Source of the DNA: a virus
Virus record (IMG/VR): IMGVR_UViG_3300042549_005585
Location: 1 to 64,000 of that record
Strand: one strand, 5' to 3'
DNA: 64,000 bases
The translations under genes were made by a program, and so were the position numbers. Shown here piece by piece: positions 29,444 through 39,430 of the stretch. Below the pieces are notes generated by a model that saw nothing but the letters and a program-made list of their open reading frames with translations, made no database searches and was not told the origin of the DNA. Positions within the stretch are counted from its first letter, which is position 1; each line of letters begins with the position of its first letter.

Positions 29444-31375
29444 TTAATCAAGTTGCTCACGGATATTGTCCTCGTTTAACAAATCGCTCTGTTCAAATAA
29501 CGTGATCTTGCGATTAGCTTTAGGTGCGTTTGCTAATGCTGCTTTAAGACCAGCCAATGTTGATGATGCTTTTGCCTCCATCGCTAATGCTGAGTTGCCT
29601 TTGTAGCTAGCGCGCAATGTACCGTCTTCTTGGTCATCATTGCTCTTCATAAACTTATTACCTAAACGATCTTTACCTAATGGATCTTTTTGAGTACCAA
29701 TAAATGATGGATGTTCAGTTGGTCTACCTTGTAATGGTTTAGGTTCGTTTGGATTAGTTTCATCAAATCCTACAGGAACTTCATTATTTGCATTATATCG
29801 ACCCGTACCGTAAGCAGTAGCCAATTGTGATGGTGTACCGTAGGCTTGACCAGAATCATATGGATCATTACCCTCAGTTTGTATTTGGTCTAGGCGGAAT
29901 TTAGTTTTCTTATCTTCAACCAATTGATCACGTAAGTCATCCATTTGTTCTTCACTCATGTGGAATAAATGCTCATAAATCCAACTAGTTGGCATTAATT
30001 CTTTATCAATCATGTTACCTGCTAAGTCAACCTTTTGAGCGAGTAACGCCATACGTTCTTGATCATATATAATTGATGGTGTAGTTAAGTCTAACTCAAA
30101 GTTAGTTAATGACTCACCTTCATATCCCTGAACATATAAGTGTACAATAGCGATTTTGTATAATTCTGATAGTACAATACGTTGAATACGTTCAACTGTA
30201 CGAGCAAAACGAATATCTTCAGCGGCAAGTGTTGCTTTACCAGATAAATCTTTCTCGTAACCCATAAATGCTTTAGGTATCTTAAGAGCAGCAAATAACT
30301 TATCACGTAAGTAAGCAACGTCATCAATACCATTATATTCTAATCCTTTAGTAGTATCAATACGAGTTGAACTATCATTACCACGAACAGGAATATAAAA
30401 ATCCTCCATCGTGTTCTGCATATTGTACTTAAGATTGTATTGGCCAGTTTGAGGATCAATATAAGGAACTTTCTTCATCTTATTGACCATCTTCTGCATG
30501 TAGTTTTCTACTTCATTTGGTGGGATAGAACCTACGTTAACATAGAAAACACGTTTTTCAGGAGCGCGAACAATTCTATGAATCAACATTGCATCTTCCA
30601 TCAAAACATATTGTTTGAATATTTTACGTCCTGGTTCTAAGTAACTTCTGCCATATGGTAAAAAGTTAACATCACTTAATAGACGGAAGTGAGCCATTTC
30701 ATAGTTCTCAAAGTAAATACCTTCAGCTCCACCTAACATAGCATTTGGAGGTATAACTCCATATCCCATAGTTGTACCAGCAACCGATGTAGGATCGTAC
30801 TTAAAACGCACATAGGTTGGGTTTTTAACGTCTACTCCCTCCTCTCGTATAATTGCATATGCTGAGAAAGGTATGACGTTATATACGCCGAATTTTTCTG
30901 ATATTTCTAATTTAAGATAAAAATCACCGTACTTACACATGTTTCTAGTCCATGACCATAAGTTAAACTCGATGTTTAACACGTCATAAAACAAGTTACG
31001 TAATATTTTCTGTACGTTTTCGTCTGATGATTTGATATGAATAACTTCACCGAAGTCATTCTTTAAAGTACATTCGTCAGCAATGATATCAAGCGCAGAT
31101 GCTACGATAGCGTCTGTATCCATTGCTTCATAGTCTGTGTATAATTGAACACGTAAGGTTTGGTAGTTTAAAACGTTGTTAAGGTTATAAACTCCTGCGC
31201 CTGATGTTGTATATATTTTGGTAAAGCGGTCAACTAATGCGTTTGTTTGCAACGCACCTAACGATTGTATTCGGTCAGTATCAACTACTTTTAGTTGATC
31301 ACCACCAACGTTTCTAATAATAACATCAGATGAGAATAATCGTTTTAACCTACCAAAGAGTGATGTATCAGCCAT
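29444..31375 (-). CDS. portal protein, T4 gp20-like
   Basis: LMEDAMLIHRIVRAPEKRVFY, EDFYIPVRG, LFAALKIPK, EDIRFARTVERIQ. Confidence 0.96.
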   Translation of the reverse strand: MADTSLFGRLKRLFSSDVIIRNVGGDQLKVVDTDRIQSLGALQTNALVDRFTKIYTTSGAGVYNLNNVLNYQTLRVQLYTDYEAMDTDAIVASALDIIADECTLKNDFGEVIHIKSSDENVQKILRNLFYDVLNIEFNLWSWTRNMCKYGDFYLKLEISEKFGVYNVIPFSAYAIIREEGVDVKNPTYVRFKYDPTSVAGTTMGYGVIPPNAMLGGAEGIYFENYEMAHFRLLSDVNFLPYGRSYLEPGRKIFKQYVLMEDAMLIHRIVRAPEKRVFYVNVGSIPPNEVENYMQKMVNKMKKVPYIDPQTGQYNLKYNMQNTMEDFYIPVRGNDSSTRIDTTKGLEYNGIDDVAYLRDKLFAALKIPKAFMGYEKDLSGKATLAAEDIRFARTVERIQRIVLSELYKIAIVHLYVQGYEGESLTNFELDLTTPSIIYDQERMALLAQKVDLAGNMIDKELMPTSWIYEHLFHMSEEQMDDLRDQLVEDKKTKFRLDQIQTEGNDPYDSGQAYGTPSQLATAYGTGRYNANNEVPVGFDETNPNEPKPLQGRPTEHPSFIGTQKDPLGKDRLGNKFMKSNDDQEDGTLRASYKGNSALAMEAKASSTLAGLKAALANAPKANRKITLFEQSDLLNEDNIREQLD

Positions 31376-31413
31376 TAATTATTTTGTTTGTATGAGTATA
31401 AATATTTACCGTA

Positions 31414-33006
31414 TTATCTAATCAACCAATCCATATCCTCCGTACCATGACCTGTGTCCATCTGCCATGGGTTTAAGTAACTTCCATTAGATGTATGGCG
31501 GTATACAGAATTATCATTATATCCTGTTTTCATCATACCTCCTACACTCACTTTAGATAGATCTAAACCTGTTTGTCTATAACGTAATGCTGTATCTCGT
31601 AAGAATAAACCAATACCTAAAGACATCACCAAGTCATCATTATAGCCATCTAAAGCTTGTGCTTTACCATTCTTCCATACAAATGTTCTTAGTTCCTCAA
31701 GTGTACGTTTTGATTGAATAACGCAACTCTTCTCGTGAATGTATGAAACCATCTTTGAGATAACAAGTGGTCTTGTCTTTAAGGAGTTAGTAAATCCAGG
31801 AACCATACCTTCATCACGATCAAATCTATTCAAATACATTTCAACGTTAGTCATAGCAATATCTGAACGTGGTGAGTAATATAAATTGCGATATCCACGC
31901 TCAATAGCAGTTTGGATAACATCCCAACCAATATTGGCGTTTTCAATTACTAATAATGCGTCATTATATTCAGTGGCTAATCCAATTAAGAAATTTCCAT
32001 AGTCACGAGTACCAACTTGTCCTTTATATTCAGCTACTTGTTTAGCATCTTCTACATCAATAACATGACATGCAGAATAGTCTTTACTATCACCTCTAGC
32101 TACGTCAGCTACAACCATATATGTTTTAGAGTAGTCTGGTGATTCCCAAATCCATAAGTTTCCATCAAATCCTCTTCTTTCCATAGGCTCAACCATAAAT
32201 GTTTCCATATAAAAGTTAAGCATAGGAGGTTCTACTACTGTATCTCCTGAAGTACTAAAGTCACAATCACACTCCTGAGCAGCGTTTCTAAGTCCTAGAA
32301 TATCATCTTGCTCATCTCTCCATTTTTGATCTCGTTCTGGGTGTACAGTCCAAGGTAATTTAATAGCAATAAAGCCATTTGATCCTTGTTCAGCGCCAAT
32401 AAACGTTCTATGGAACCAGTTACCTGTACCATATGGAGTTGATATAGCAATACATTGACCTCCAGTGGCTAAGGTTTGTTGAGCAGAAGCGAATATCTCA
32501 TCAATACCCTCAATGAAGGCAGCCTCATCTAATAATAGTAAGGACACGGCTTCAGATCTACCTGCATCTGCAGTTGCACCAACAGCTTTAATTTGAGAAC
32601 CATTTGATAAACGGAGTGATAACTTATTATCCTCATCTGCTTTTACTTTAAGCCAATTAGGTAAGTTATTATAGGCAAAACGCACTTTAGTAACCATATT
32701 TTTAGCAGTTTCCTGCTTAGTAGCGATACAAAGTATATTCTTGTCCTTATGAAATAACATTAGCCATAAAGCATATGCTGATGATAAGGTAGAGATACCT
32801 AACTGTCTTGATTTATTTACTACGTTGTAAGTATTCTTTTGAAATAAACGTAATACTTTTTCTTGGAAAGGATATAAATTAAATTGGATTCTACCACGCT
32901 TAGGGTGTTGAATCATATAATACTTCTTCATGAAGTGAACAGGATCTGTAGCACACTTAATATACTCCTGTTTAATTATCTCCTTAATATTTTGCTGTTC
33001 GCTCAT
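31414..33006 (-). CDS. terminase large subunit, T4 gp17-like
   Basis: LYPFQ, KSRQLGIST, LLLLDEAAFI, STPYG, DVARG..DYS, IENANIG, NDDLVM. Confidence 0.96.
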   Translation of the reverse strand: MSEQQNIKEIIKQEYIKCATDPVHFMKKYYMIQHPKRGRIQFNLYPFQEKVLRLFQKNTYNVVNKSRQLGISTLSSAYALWLMLFHKDKNILCIATKQETAKNMVTKVRFAYNNLPNWLKVKADEDNKLSLRLSNGSQIKAVGATADAGRSEAVSLLLLDEAAFIEGIDEIFASAQQTLATGGQCIAISTPYGTGNWFHRTFIGAEQGSNGFIAIKLPWTVHPERDQKWRDEQDDILGLRNAAQECDCDFSTSGDTVVEPPMLNFYMETFMVEPMERRGFDGNLWIWESPDYSKTYMVVADVARGDSKDYSACHVIDVEDAKQVAEYKGQVGTRDYGNFLIGLATEYNDALLVIENANIGWDVIQTAIERGYRNLYYSPRSDIAMTNVEMYLNRFDRDEGMVPGFTNSLKTRPLVISKMVSYIHEKSCVIQSKRTLEELRTFVWKNGKAQALDGYNDDLVMSLGIGLFLRDTALRYRQTGLDLSKVSVGGMMKTGYNDNSVYRHTSNGSYLNPWQMDTGHGTEDMDWLIR

Positions 33007-33037
33007 ATAACGGGGTTGTGTATATAAATATATAAGA

Positions 33038-33089
33038 GGAGCCTAACCTTAGCGGTCAGGCTCCAGAGCCATAATACTGAGACTATGGC
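33038..33089 (-). terminator. tandem hairpins, the second terminator-like
   Basis: GCCATA...TATGGC, then GGAGCCTGACC-GCTAA-GGTTAGGCTCC followed by TCTTAT. Confidence 0.55.
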
Positions 33090-33096
33090 GGGGCAA

Positions 33097-33264
33097 TTAT
33101 TTTCCTGAAAGACGTTGTTTAATCCTGTTTGGATCTATTTTTTTAGTGTCTGTTTTTGTACTAGTTAGGGGCTTTTTTGTTTCAGCTGTTTCCTTCATTG
33201 CTTTAGAATAAGGACCTAACTTATTGTCTTGTAAATACTTCTTGTAATCGAAATTGTCTGCCAT
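33097..33264 (-). CDS. 55-aa basic protein with FDYKK leader (not in ORF track)
   Basis: MADNFDYKKYLQDNKLGPYSKAMKETAETKKPLTSTKTDTKKIDPNRIKQRLSGK. Confidence 0.7.
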   Translation of the reverse strand: MADNFDYKKYLQDNKLGPYSKAMKETAETKKPLTSTKTDTKKIDPNRIKQRLSGK

Positions 33265-33269
33265 ATTGT

Positions 33270-33944
33270 TTATTTTGCAATCATTAAGTATACTAAACCA
33301 CCAACTACAACTCCAGCTCCAATCTTAGTGATTTTGTTTTTGAACTTAAGTTTCTGGTTTTGTAAGTATATTTGATTGTATTGGTTTTTCCAATCTTTGA
33401 TCTGTATGTCTTGATTAAACATAATATTTTTGTATGTGCCTTCTTTTTTAGTAAATAAAGCAATAACACTATCTTTACCATTTACTCTTGATTCAGTTAA
33501 TGCAATAACACTATCTTTAAATGTAATTATTTGTTTTGCACCATCTAATTCTACCAAATCCTTAGCAACATACGTTAATACTGGTTGTGCTATAGGTAAT
33601 TTATTAGTTACAGTATCTTTAGGGTAGCGGTTGTTGAAGAAAGTAACTAATTCTTTTTCATTGTATGTATCAACTGCTGCTTTAGATGAGTCAACAAACT
33701 GAATTACTTTAATTACTTTACCTTTAGCATGAACTAACTTGTCTTGTAATTGTTCATCAACTACTACTAATGAATCTATTGCTTTATCTTTTTCAGCGAT
33801 ATCTAATTTCATTGAGTCAACAGCTTGTACTAAACTGTCTTGTTTTTGTATAAATTCTTTTGACAAACCAGCATCTCCGATTTTGTCAAATACAATATAC
33901 CCTACTACTAGTAAGGCTAAAATTCCTAAAACTACTTTTTTCAT
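33270..33944 (-). CDS. membrane-anchored coiled-coil protein (hydrophobic helices at both ends)
   Basis: MKKVVLGILALLVVGYIV N-terminus; IGAGVVVGGLVYLMI C-terminus. Confidence 0.7.
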   Translation of the reverse strand: MKKVVLGILALLVVGYIVFDKIGDAGLSKEFIQKQDSLVQAVDSMKLDIAEKDKAIDSLVVVDEQLQDKLVHAKGKVIKVIQFVDSSKAAVDTYNEKELVTFFNNRYPKDTVTNKLPIAQPVLTYVAKDLVELDGAKQIITFKDSVIALTESRVNGKDSVIALFTKKEGTYKNIMFNQDIQIKDWKNQYNQIYLQNQKLKFKNKITKIGAGVVVGGLVYLMIAK

Positions 33945-33949
33945 ATATT

Positions 33950-34798
33950 TTATTTTATAATTCCAGCGTAATATTTCATTTTATTAATGATATACTCATC
34001 TAATTGTTCCTCATCACTTGGTTCTTCTCCTGGTTCTTCAATTGGTGGAGGTGGAGGAGCTGATTGAGCATCTATTTTTTGCAGATATGATGATTTAGAT
34101 ACTAGATCAGCAATACGTTGTTCTAATGATACTTTCAAGTCACGTAAACGTTGTAATTCATCACTTGGTCTATCCTTAATATCTCCAGCTGTTGGTCTTG
34201 ATTTTCTTAATGATAAGATATTTCCTCTAGTCGCAGCTAAACGACGTTGTAATTCACTATACTTTAATGAGTCCTCAAAATCTTGATCTGATATTTTAGG
34301 AGCAAGGATTGGTTCTGCTTTTTCTATCTCATCATCTGATGGTTCCTCTTCTGGTTCTTCCTCGTCTGATTTTCTTTTGCTTAGTTTAGTTGTACCAACA
34401 AACAAATCATCTTCATTATCAGGTAAATCTAACACATCATCTTCGCTTGGTTCTTCTTCTGGTTCTTCTTCTGGTTGAACTGAAGTTGAGCGTAATAGAT
34501 TTTGTTTTAGGTCTGGGATTAGAGTGAATGACTTTCCAGGTACTGTTTCTTTCTCTATTTTACTCTTTAACAATTCAATCTCCATTGGTTCAACACCTTG
34601 ATCAGCTGCTTGTGAAACAAAATAATTGATGATTTGTTGACGTCTATCATCCTTGTAATCAGATGGATTCTTAATTCTGTTTTCCAAGTCAGGAAACTCA
34701 GGATTAAGTTTATATTTTTCCTTTGCTATTCTAGCCAATTCACTAACGCGAAATGACTGCTGCTCAGTTACGAATTTTTTATAATCAAAATCTGCCAT
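33950..34798 (-). CDS. acidic protein with FDYKKF leader and scaffold-like C-terminus
   Basis: MADFDYKKFVTE...INKMKYYAGIIK. Confidence 0.65.
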   Translation of the reverse strand: MADFDYKKFVTEQQSFRVSELARIAKEKYKLNPEFPDLENRIKNPSDYKDDRRQQIINYFVSQAADQGVEPMEIELLKSKIEKETVPGKSFTLIPDLKQNLLRSTSVQPEEEPEEEPSEDDVLDLPDNEDDLFVGTTKLSKRKSDEEEPEEEPSDDEIEKAEPILAPKISDQDFEDSLKYSELQRRLAATRGNILSLRKSRPTAGDIKDRPSDELQRLRDLKVSLEQRIADLVSKSSYLQKIDAQSAPPPPPIEEPGEEPSDEEQLDEYIINKMKYYAGIIK

Positions 34799-34807
34799 GA
34801 TTTGTGT

Positions 34808-35326
34808 TTATATATTTTTTAATATTGTTTGCATTCTATCATATGTTGAACCACTAATAACAACTAATTTCTTAGGTGGAAATAATGATAACAAACGAAG
34901 TATTTCTTGGTTGATATTAGTTCTGTACTCTAAATTAGTTTCACGTACACCATTATCTTCCATATTAGTACCAATAGGATCGATATAAAATACGACATCA
35001 TATTGATCACGCAATAACATTGCAGTGTTAACTAACGTCGATTTATACGCGCTATCTACCGATTTAGCCAGCATAGTAAATGCAGATACATCCCATACTG
35101 TTCTATCTGTAATTAAATCTTTATGTAGTAACTCACCAGAACGTTCAGCGATGAATAATAGTTGACCGTTTATAGTTGAATCTGTATTTAATGGTACACC
35201 TAAGTCACGCAAATACTTGCTACGTTCAGTAGCAATATGATAATGTTCAAGTTCAGGTAGTTCAGCCAACGCTTTTACAAGTGTTGTCTTACCAACTGAC
35301 ATAGTTCCGCATAATCCTATTTTCAT
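34808..35326 (-). CDS. P-loop nucleotide kinase/ATPase (NadR/Ttd14, AAA_28-like)
   Basis: GTMSVGKTT, ITDRTVWD, YDVVFYI, EDNGVRE. Confidence 0.8.
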   Translation of the reverse strand: MKIGLCGTMSVGKTTLVKALAELPELEHYHIATERSKYLRDLGVPLNTDSTINGQLLFIAERSGELLHKDLITDRTVWDVSAFTMLAKSVDSAYKSTLVNTAMLLRDQYDVVFYIDPIGTNMEDNGVRETNLEYRTNINQEILRLLSLFPPKKLVVISGSTYDRMQTILKNI

Positions 35327-35356
35327 AATGTGTATTTGGTAATGTATAAATATTGA

Positions 35357-35593
35357 TTAAAGACGTGTTTCAAATTTCGGATCTTTTGCTGGTGGTACAC
35401 CATTCACATCACGTTTACGATCTGTCCATTGATCTTTAGTGTATTGAAACCCAAATAACCAATATTCTTTTTTACCATCTGGATGTATGACTGCAACGTC
35501 ATCCCAATTGTGCAATTTACCATTCCAAACATAAACGACAGTTCCATCCGGTTTCTTTAGTCGTTTTGTTGGTTCTAAAATTTTCTTCGCCAT
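35357..35593 (-). CDS. hypothetical protein (LH....AVI..DG.KEYW..G type)
   Basis: 78-aa ORF with its own host-type promoter. Confidence 0.7.
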   Translation of the reverse strand: MAKKILEPTKRLKKPDGTVVYVWNGKLHNWDDVAVIHPDGKKEYWLFGFQYTKDQWTDRKRDVNGVPPAKDPKFETRL

Positions 35594-35602
35594 ATTTTCT
35601 TA

Positions 35603-35634
35603 TAAAGGTAGGAAAAATAGTGTTGAAGGCCAAA
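35603..35634 (-). promoter_or_regulatory. Bacteroidota-type sigma70 promoter
   Basis: TTTGGC-N18-TACCTTTA. Confidence 0.7.
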
Positions 35635-35638
35635 CTAT

Positions 35639-36625
35639 CTATTTGTTGGAAATTTTACCTAATGTATCTTTAGCCCACTTCTCTTGACCAGCACTTAACT
35701 CACCATTAATAGCGTTTTGAATGAAGTCACGTAGTTGTGGATAAGGTAATTCAACTAATTTAGCAATGAATATATCACGAACATATGGATCACTAACATT
35801 GCTTTTGTTATAAAACTTATTGATGGCATCTGAAATAGCATCTAACATGAATTTACCATAACGTAAATCGTCTGGTTCGTTTCTTAGTTTATCAACACTA
35901 GCAACTGATGCTTGGTTTAATGCTTTATTTTTACTCCATCCTCTTGATCCAATAACTGAGTATATTCCTTTAACTATTTCATGTATTAGAATAGGAAAGT
36001 TAATAGCGCGTGCTTTTACTATCCATTGTTTGTTTGCTTTATCATATACAGGTAAACTACTACCTCCAGGCATGTTATTATCATTAGCAATACCAGCTAA
36101 TATTTGAGCGATAAAATTCTCATCATCATATCCACCTAAAGCAACGTCTAATATTTTACCATATTTGTCTACTAATGTTGGGTCAACACTATCCAAATAA
36201 TCTTTCATTAATAAAAATGAACGAGAACCTCTAACACCAGCACCTTGAGTTAACGCGTTTATTAAACGACGTTTAGCATCCATATCTTCTTTCTCTTCAG
36301 GTGAATATCCTTGTTCGCCTGGTTTGTCTTGGAATTCACCTCTAGGAATAGCGGTGTTTTGAGACATTGGCTCTATCTTAGCATCAATCTTGATATTGTA
36401 TTTGTCAACAATTGGGTAAGCATCTTTAACTACCTCAACTGCTAATTGCTCCAATTCATCTTGGTATCCACGTTCTGCTCTAGCAATTTCACTTGCTAAA
36501 CGCATTGTTTCACCACCATAATTTTTGGCGCCTTGTTTTTCTCTAGCTTGTTGAGATAGTCCCTTTAGCTTCCCCATTGTTTGGGGAGTGAACATTTTTT
36601 CGTATTCCTTCTCCTGTAATTTCAT
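35639..36625 (-). CDS. hypothetical protein (degenerate HExxK motif)
   Basis: MKLQE start; KRRLINALTQG; FPILIHEIVKG. Confidence 0.65.
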   Translation of the reverse strand: MKLQEKEYEKMFTPQTMGKLKGLSQQAREKQGAKNYGGETMRLASEIARAERGYQDELEQLAVEVVKDAYPIVDKYNIKIDAKIEPMSQNTAIPRGEFQDKPGEQGYSPEEKEDMDAKRRLINALTQGAGVRGSRSFLLMKDYLDSVDPTLVDKYGKILDVALGGYDDENFIAQILAGIANDNNMPGGSSLPVYDKANKQWIVKARAINFPILIHEIVKGIYSVIGSRGWSKNKALNQASVASVDKLRNEPDDLRYGKFMLDAISDAINKFYNKSNVSDPYVRDIFIAKLVELPYPQLRDFIQNAINGELSAGQEKWAKDTLGKISNK

Positions 36626-36885
36626 TACTTACCCGCTTTTAAACGATTGAATATTTTTTGTATGCCTGCTTTCTCGTTTTCACGCATACGAGCTTTTGGA
36701 TTCTCGTCAGGTAAAGCGTCAGGATCCATTGGTTCAAGTGGATTTTCCTCTGGCTCAACTTCTGGCTCTTCTTCTGGTTCAGCAATTTCAGGACTAGGAT
36801 ATGGTTTCCTAATTGGAGCCACAGATGGCAATGTATATTCTTTTATAATATCGCGTACAAGTTCGCGTAATTGTGCTTTGGTCAT
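36625..36885 (-). CDS. small Pro/Glu-rich protein with LRELVRDIIKE leader
   Basis: 86-aa ORF, translationally coupled to the next gene. Confidence 0.65.
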   Translation of the reverse strand: MTKAQLRELVRDIIKEYTLPSVAPIRKPYPSPEIAEPEEEPEVEPEENPLEPMDPDALPDENPKARMRENEKAGIQKIFNRLKAGK

Positions 36886-36887
36886 TA

Positions 36888-38198
36888 TTACCTATTTGCC
36901 AATAAATATTCAGATACGTATATTCCATGCGCACCACTTACTGTGATACCACGAGCAGATAAAGCATCACCTACAAAGTGTACATTTGGATAATCATTTA
37001 ATGACAAATCATTATAATTAACTAACGGTTCAGGGCTCAAATACTTTACTTCAGGTACATACATTCCCCAATCATCACCAAATTCAAATACAGTATTCAT
37101 ATTATCAATAAAGTCAGTAATATAAGTTAAATATTCTCCATAAGCTTCAGCTAATGGTACTAAAGTATCTATTGGATAAGATGTCACTGTAGTACCTTCT
37201 GATGTTAATCCTGGAATACGAGTACGATTAGGTGAATAGTATAATCCTTTTCCATTGACTTGTAATTTAGATACTGCATCTCTACACCACTTAAATGGAT
37301 CATCAATACCTTTAATTTCCATTAAGATACCAAAGTTAGTCATATCATTTCTAAATTCCTCACCTTTCTTAGCGTGACCATTATAACTTAAATCACCATA
37401 TGTTTCTTCTACCGCTACATAAGCTGCATTGTTGTTAGTACAAAATGAGCGAATAGAAACATTATCATGTTTTTGATATAACTTAAAATCATAAGATACA
37501 TCAATCAATTTTTGGAAATATTTTTGTGGCGCTTCAAATCGAACACCAATTTGTACTGCTTTAGCTTCAGTTGGCAATTTGTAAGTGTCAGATAATTGTT
37601 GAGCAAAATCAATACCTGATTTACCTACTGCAAATATCAATTCATCATAAGCATTTAACGCTACAAACTCATCTTCACCTTGTTTATACTTGATAATTAA
37701 GTCTTGAAAATCAATATTAGTAATAGTAGTGTTCCAACTAAAGTTAACACCTTTATCTAACAAATATTGATACCAGTTTTTAGCAATCTCATGTAAATAG
37801 TTTGAACCAATATGCCATACAAGCGACATACGTAAGTCAAAATATGGTTTAATAAAGTCAGGTTCTTGTTTAGGATCAGAACATGATATGTCTTCTGGTT
37901 TAGGGTGGAAACGAGTAAAATTAGCTACTACTTCATTCATTAATTCCATAGCTTTTTCTTCACCACAATACTTGGACAATTGTCCACCTTGTACTGTTGA
38001 TACTACTAATTTACCATCTGACCAACCACCAGCACCTAACATTCCTGTCATTACCTCTTCAGGTAAACGATTAATTGGATCATTACCTCTATCAATGATA
38101 GTGATTAATTCACCAGGGTATCCATTATCTACTAATTTAGTTGCCGCATTAATACCAGCTACTCCAGCTCCAACAATTAAAATTCTTTTATTTTCCAT
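36888..38198 (-). CDS. FAD-dependent oxidoreductase (COG2509-like)
   Basis: IVGAGVAG, GMLGAGGWSDGK, IGVRFE, RSFCTN, PEVKY, FVGD...RGI. Confidence 0.85.
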   Translation of the reverse strand: MENKRILIVGAGVAGINAATKLVDNGYPGELITIIDRGNDPINRLPEEVMTGMLGAGGWSDGKLVVSTVQGGQLSKYCGEEKAMELMNEVVANFTRFHPKPEDISCSDPKQEPDFIKPYFDLRMSLVWHIGSNYLHEIAKNWYQYLLDKGVNFSWNTTITNIDFQDLIIKYKQGEDEFVALNAYDELIFAVGKSGIDFAQQLSDTYKLPTEAKAVQIGVRFEAPQKYFQKLIDVSYDFKLYQKHDNVSIRSFCTNNNAAYVAVEETYGDLSYNGHAKKGEEFRNDMTNFGILMEIKGIDDPFKWCRDAVSKLQVNGKGLYYSPNRTRIPGLTSEGTTVTSYPIDTLVPLAEAYGEYLTYITDFIDNMNTVFEFGDDWGMYVPEVKYLSPEPLVNYNDLSLNDYPNVHFVGDALSARGITVSGAHGIYVSEYLLANR

Positions 38199-38550
38199 TT
38201 AGTCTTTCATTTATACGTTGTCTAATAATTTGTTCATCTTGTTCTGTTGGAGTATAGTCATTCATAAATTGTGATGGGACTCCTTCCCAAGCACTACCAT
38301 AGTATGTCATATTAAATCCTCTATTGAGGCATTCCTGGTATATTTCTTCATATCGATTCTTAAGATATAATAACTTATCGTAAAAGAATGCTACATGTCC
38401 TTTACCTAGTGTAAACATAGGAGGTATACTTTTCAAATTATACCTACCTCTAGTGATAAGATTAGGTACACGTTTAATTTCACGATGTTCTGCAATTAAG
38501 TGTTTATTAGTTAATTGCTGTGGTGGTATTGCTACATTAATTCTTGTCAT
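38188..38550 (-). CDS. denV: pyrimidine-dimer DNA glycosylase / endonuclease V
   Basis: MTRIN, HLIAEHREIKR, FTLGKGHV.FFYDKL.YL..RY, RI.ER. Confidence 0.92.
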   Translation of the reverse strand: MTRINVAIPPQQLTNKHLIAEHREIKRVPNLITRGRYNLKSIPPMFTLGKGHVAFFYDKLLYLKNRYEEIYQECLNRGFNMTYYGSAWEGVPSQFMNDYTPTEQDEQIIRQRINERLNGK

Positions 38551-38900
38551 AATATTCTTAATTCAGTTAATATTTCATTTAATGGTTTAGTAATTAATTT
38601 ACTAAATTGATATCTAGCATATTCAGAATATATGTTAGTTTGTCCAGATGCTGGTGAATTTGATTCTTTTCTTGCAAAAACTATTAATTTTCCATTAATA
38701 AATCCTTCAATATAAAATGATTTAGATCCATTTTGTCTATGTCCTATATAAACAGTTGATGGAAGAAATTGTGTTATGTTTGATAATTTAGCAATATTAC
38801 TAAATGTTGTTTTGGTTAATTGTTCCAAACCATTATCCTCAACAGAATATGATACAATATCCTCATCACGTCCTAACTTATATTTGCCAACTATAATCAT
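38547..38900 (-). CDS. hypothetical protein
   Basis: 117-aa ORF, first gene after a host-type promoter. Confidence 0.65.
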   Translation of the reverse strand: MIIVGKYKLGRDEDIVSYSVEDNGLEQLTKTTFSNIAKLSNITQFLPSTVYIGHRQNGSKSFYIEGFINGKLIVFARKESNSPASGQTNIYSEYARYQFSKLITKPLNEILTELRIL

Positions 38901-38904
38901 ATTA

Positions 38905-38936
38905 TAAAATTAACTATAATGTTGAGGCTAGCCAAA
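38905..38936 (-). promoter_or_regulatory. Bacteroidota-type sigma70 promoter
   Basis: TTTGGC-N18-TAATTTTA, 4 nt before ATG 38900. Confidence 0.7.
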
Positions 38937-38942
38937 CTAAGA

Positions 38943-38965
38943 TGGCCCACCTTTTGGGTGGGCCA
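38943..38965 (-). terminator. GC-rich hairpin, probable terminator of the cargo array
   Basis: TGGCCCACC-CAAAA-GGTGGGCCA followed by TCTTAGTTT. Confidence 0.65.
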
Positions 38966-39027
38966 CTACTCCGAATTATTTTATTGATGCGAACAGGTAA
39001 TGAATCTGTTCTGTATGAGTATAAATA

Positions 39028-39429
39028 TTAGTCTTCTATAAGATAATATTTAATAGAAATAGGATTATAATGGTCTTCTTCAGTTTTATAGGCAATATCT
39101 TTTAAAAATGATCCTTTATTTTCTTCAACATATTGATCCCATTCATTTTCTAAATACTCATCTTCTTCTTCCTGTTCCCAAGTTTCAAAACCTTTACCCA
39201 TTATTGTGATCACCATAGAATTATCATTTTCATCATCATCACTAACATCAACAAGCCATTCAAATGGTTCATAAGAATCATTTTTAACATTATCTGAACA
39301 GTATTTATCATTGATTATAGCACCATATTCTCCATCAGTTGTTTGGTCTGGTTCTACTATTTTTAGCTTATACTTTTTAGATGGGTTATTTATTTTATAT
39401 TCATTAAGTATATCTATTAATTTGATCAT
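39028..39429 (-). CDS. acidic EYKIN-leader protein (putative internal head cargo)
   Basis: MIKLIDILNEYKINNP. Confidence 0.75.
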   Translation of the reverse strand: MIKLIDILNEYKINNPSKKYKLKIVEPDQTTDGEYGAIINDKYCSDNVKNDSYEPFEWLVDVSDDDENDNSMVITIMGKGFETWEQEEEDEYLENEWDQYVEENKGSFLKDIAYKTEEDHYNPISIKYYLIED

Positions 39430-39430
39430 A

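Noticed and set aside
22921-33006. Stop-codon recoding, introns or inteins in core genes
   Set aside because: MCP, portal, protease and terminase are full length in code 11; TAG and TGA serve as real stops (e.g. MCP ends in TAG).
35639-36625. Active zinc metalloprotease
   Set aside because: The motif is HEIVK, lacking the second His.
16122-39028. tRNA genes in the hairpin-rich intergenic regions
   Set aside because: No cloverleaf with T-loop GTTCRA and acceptor stem could be formed.
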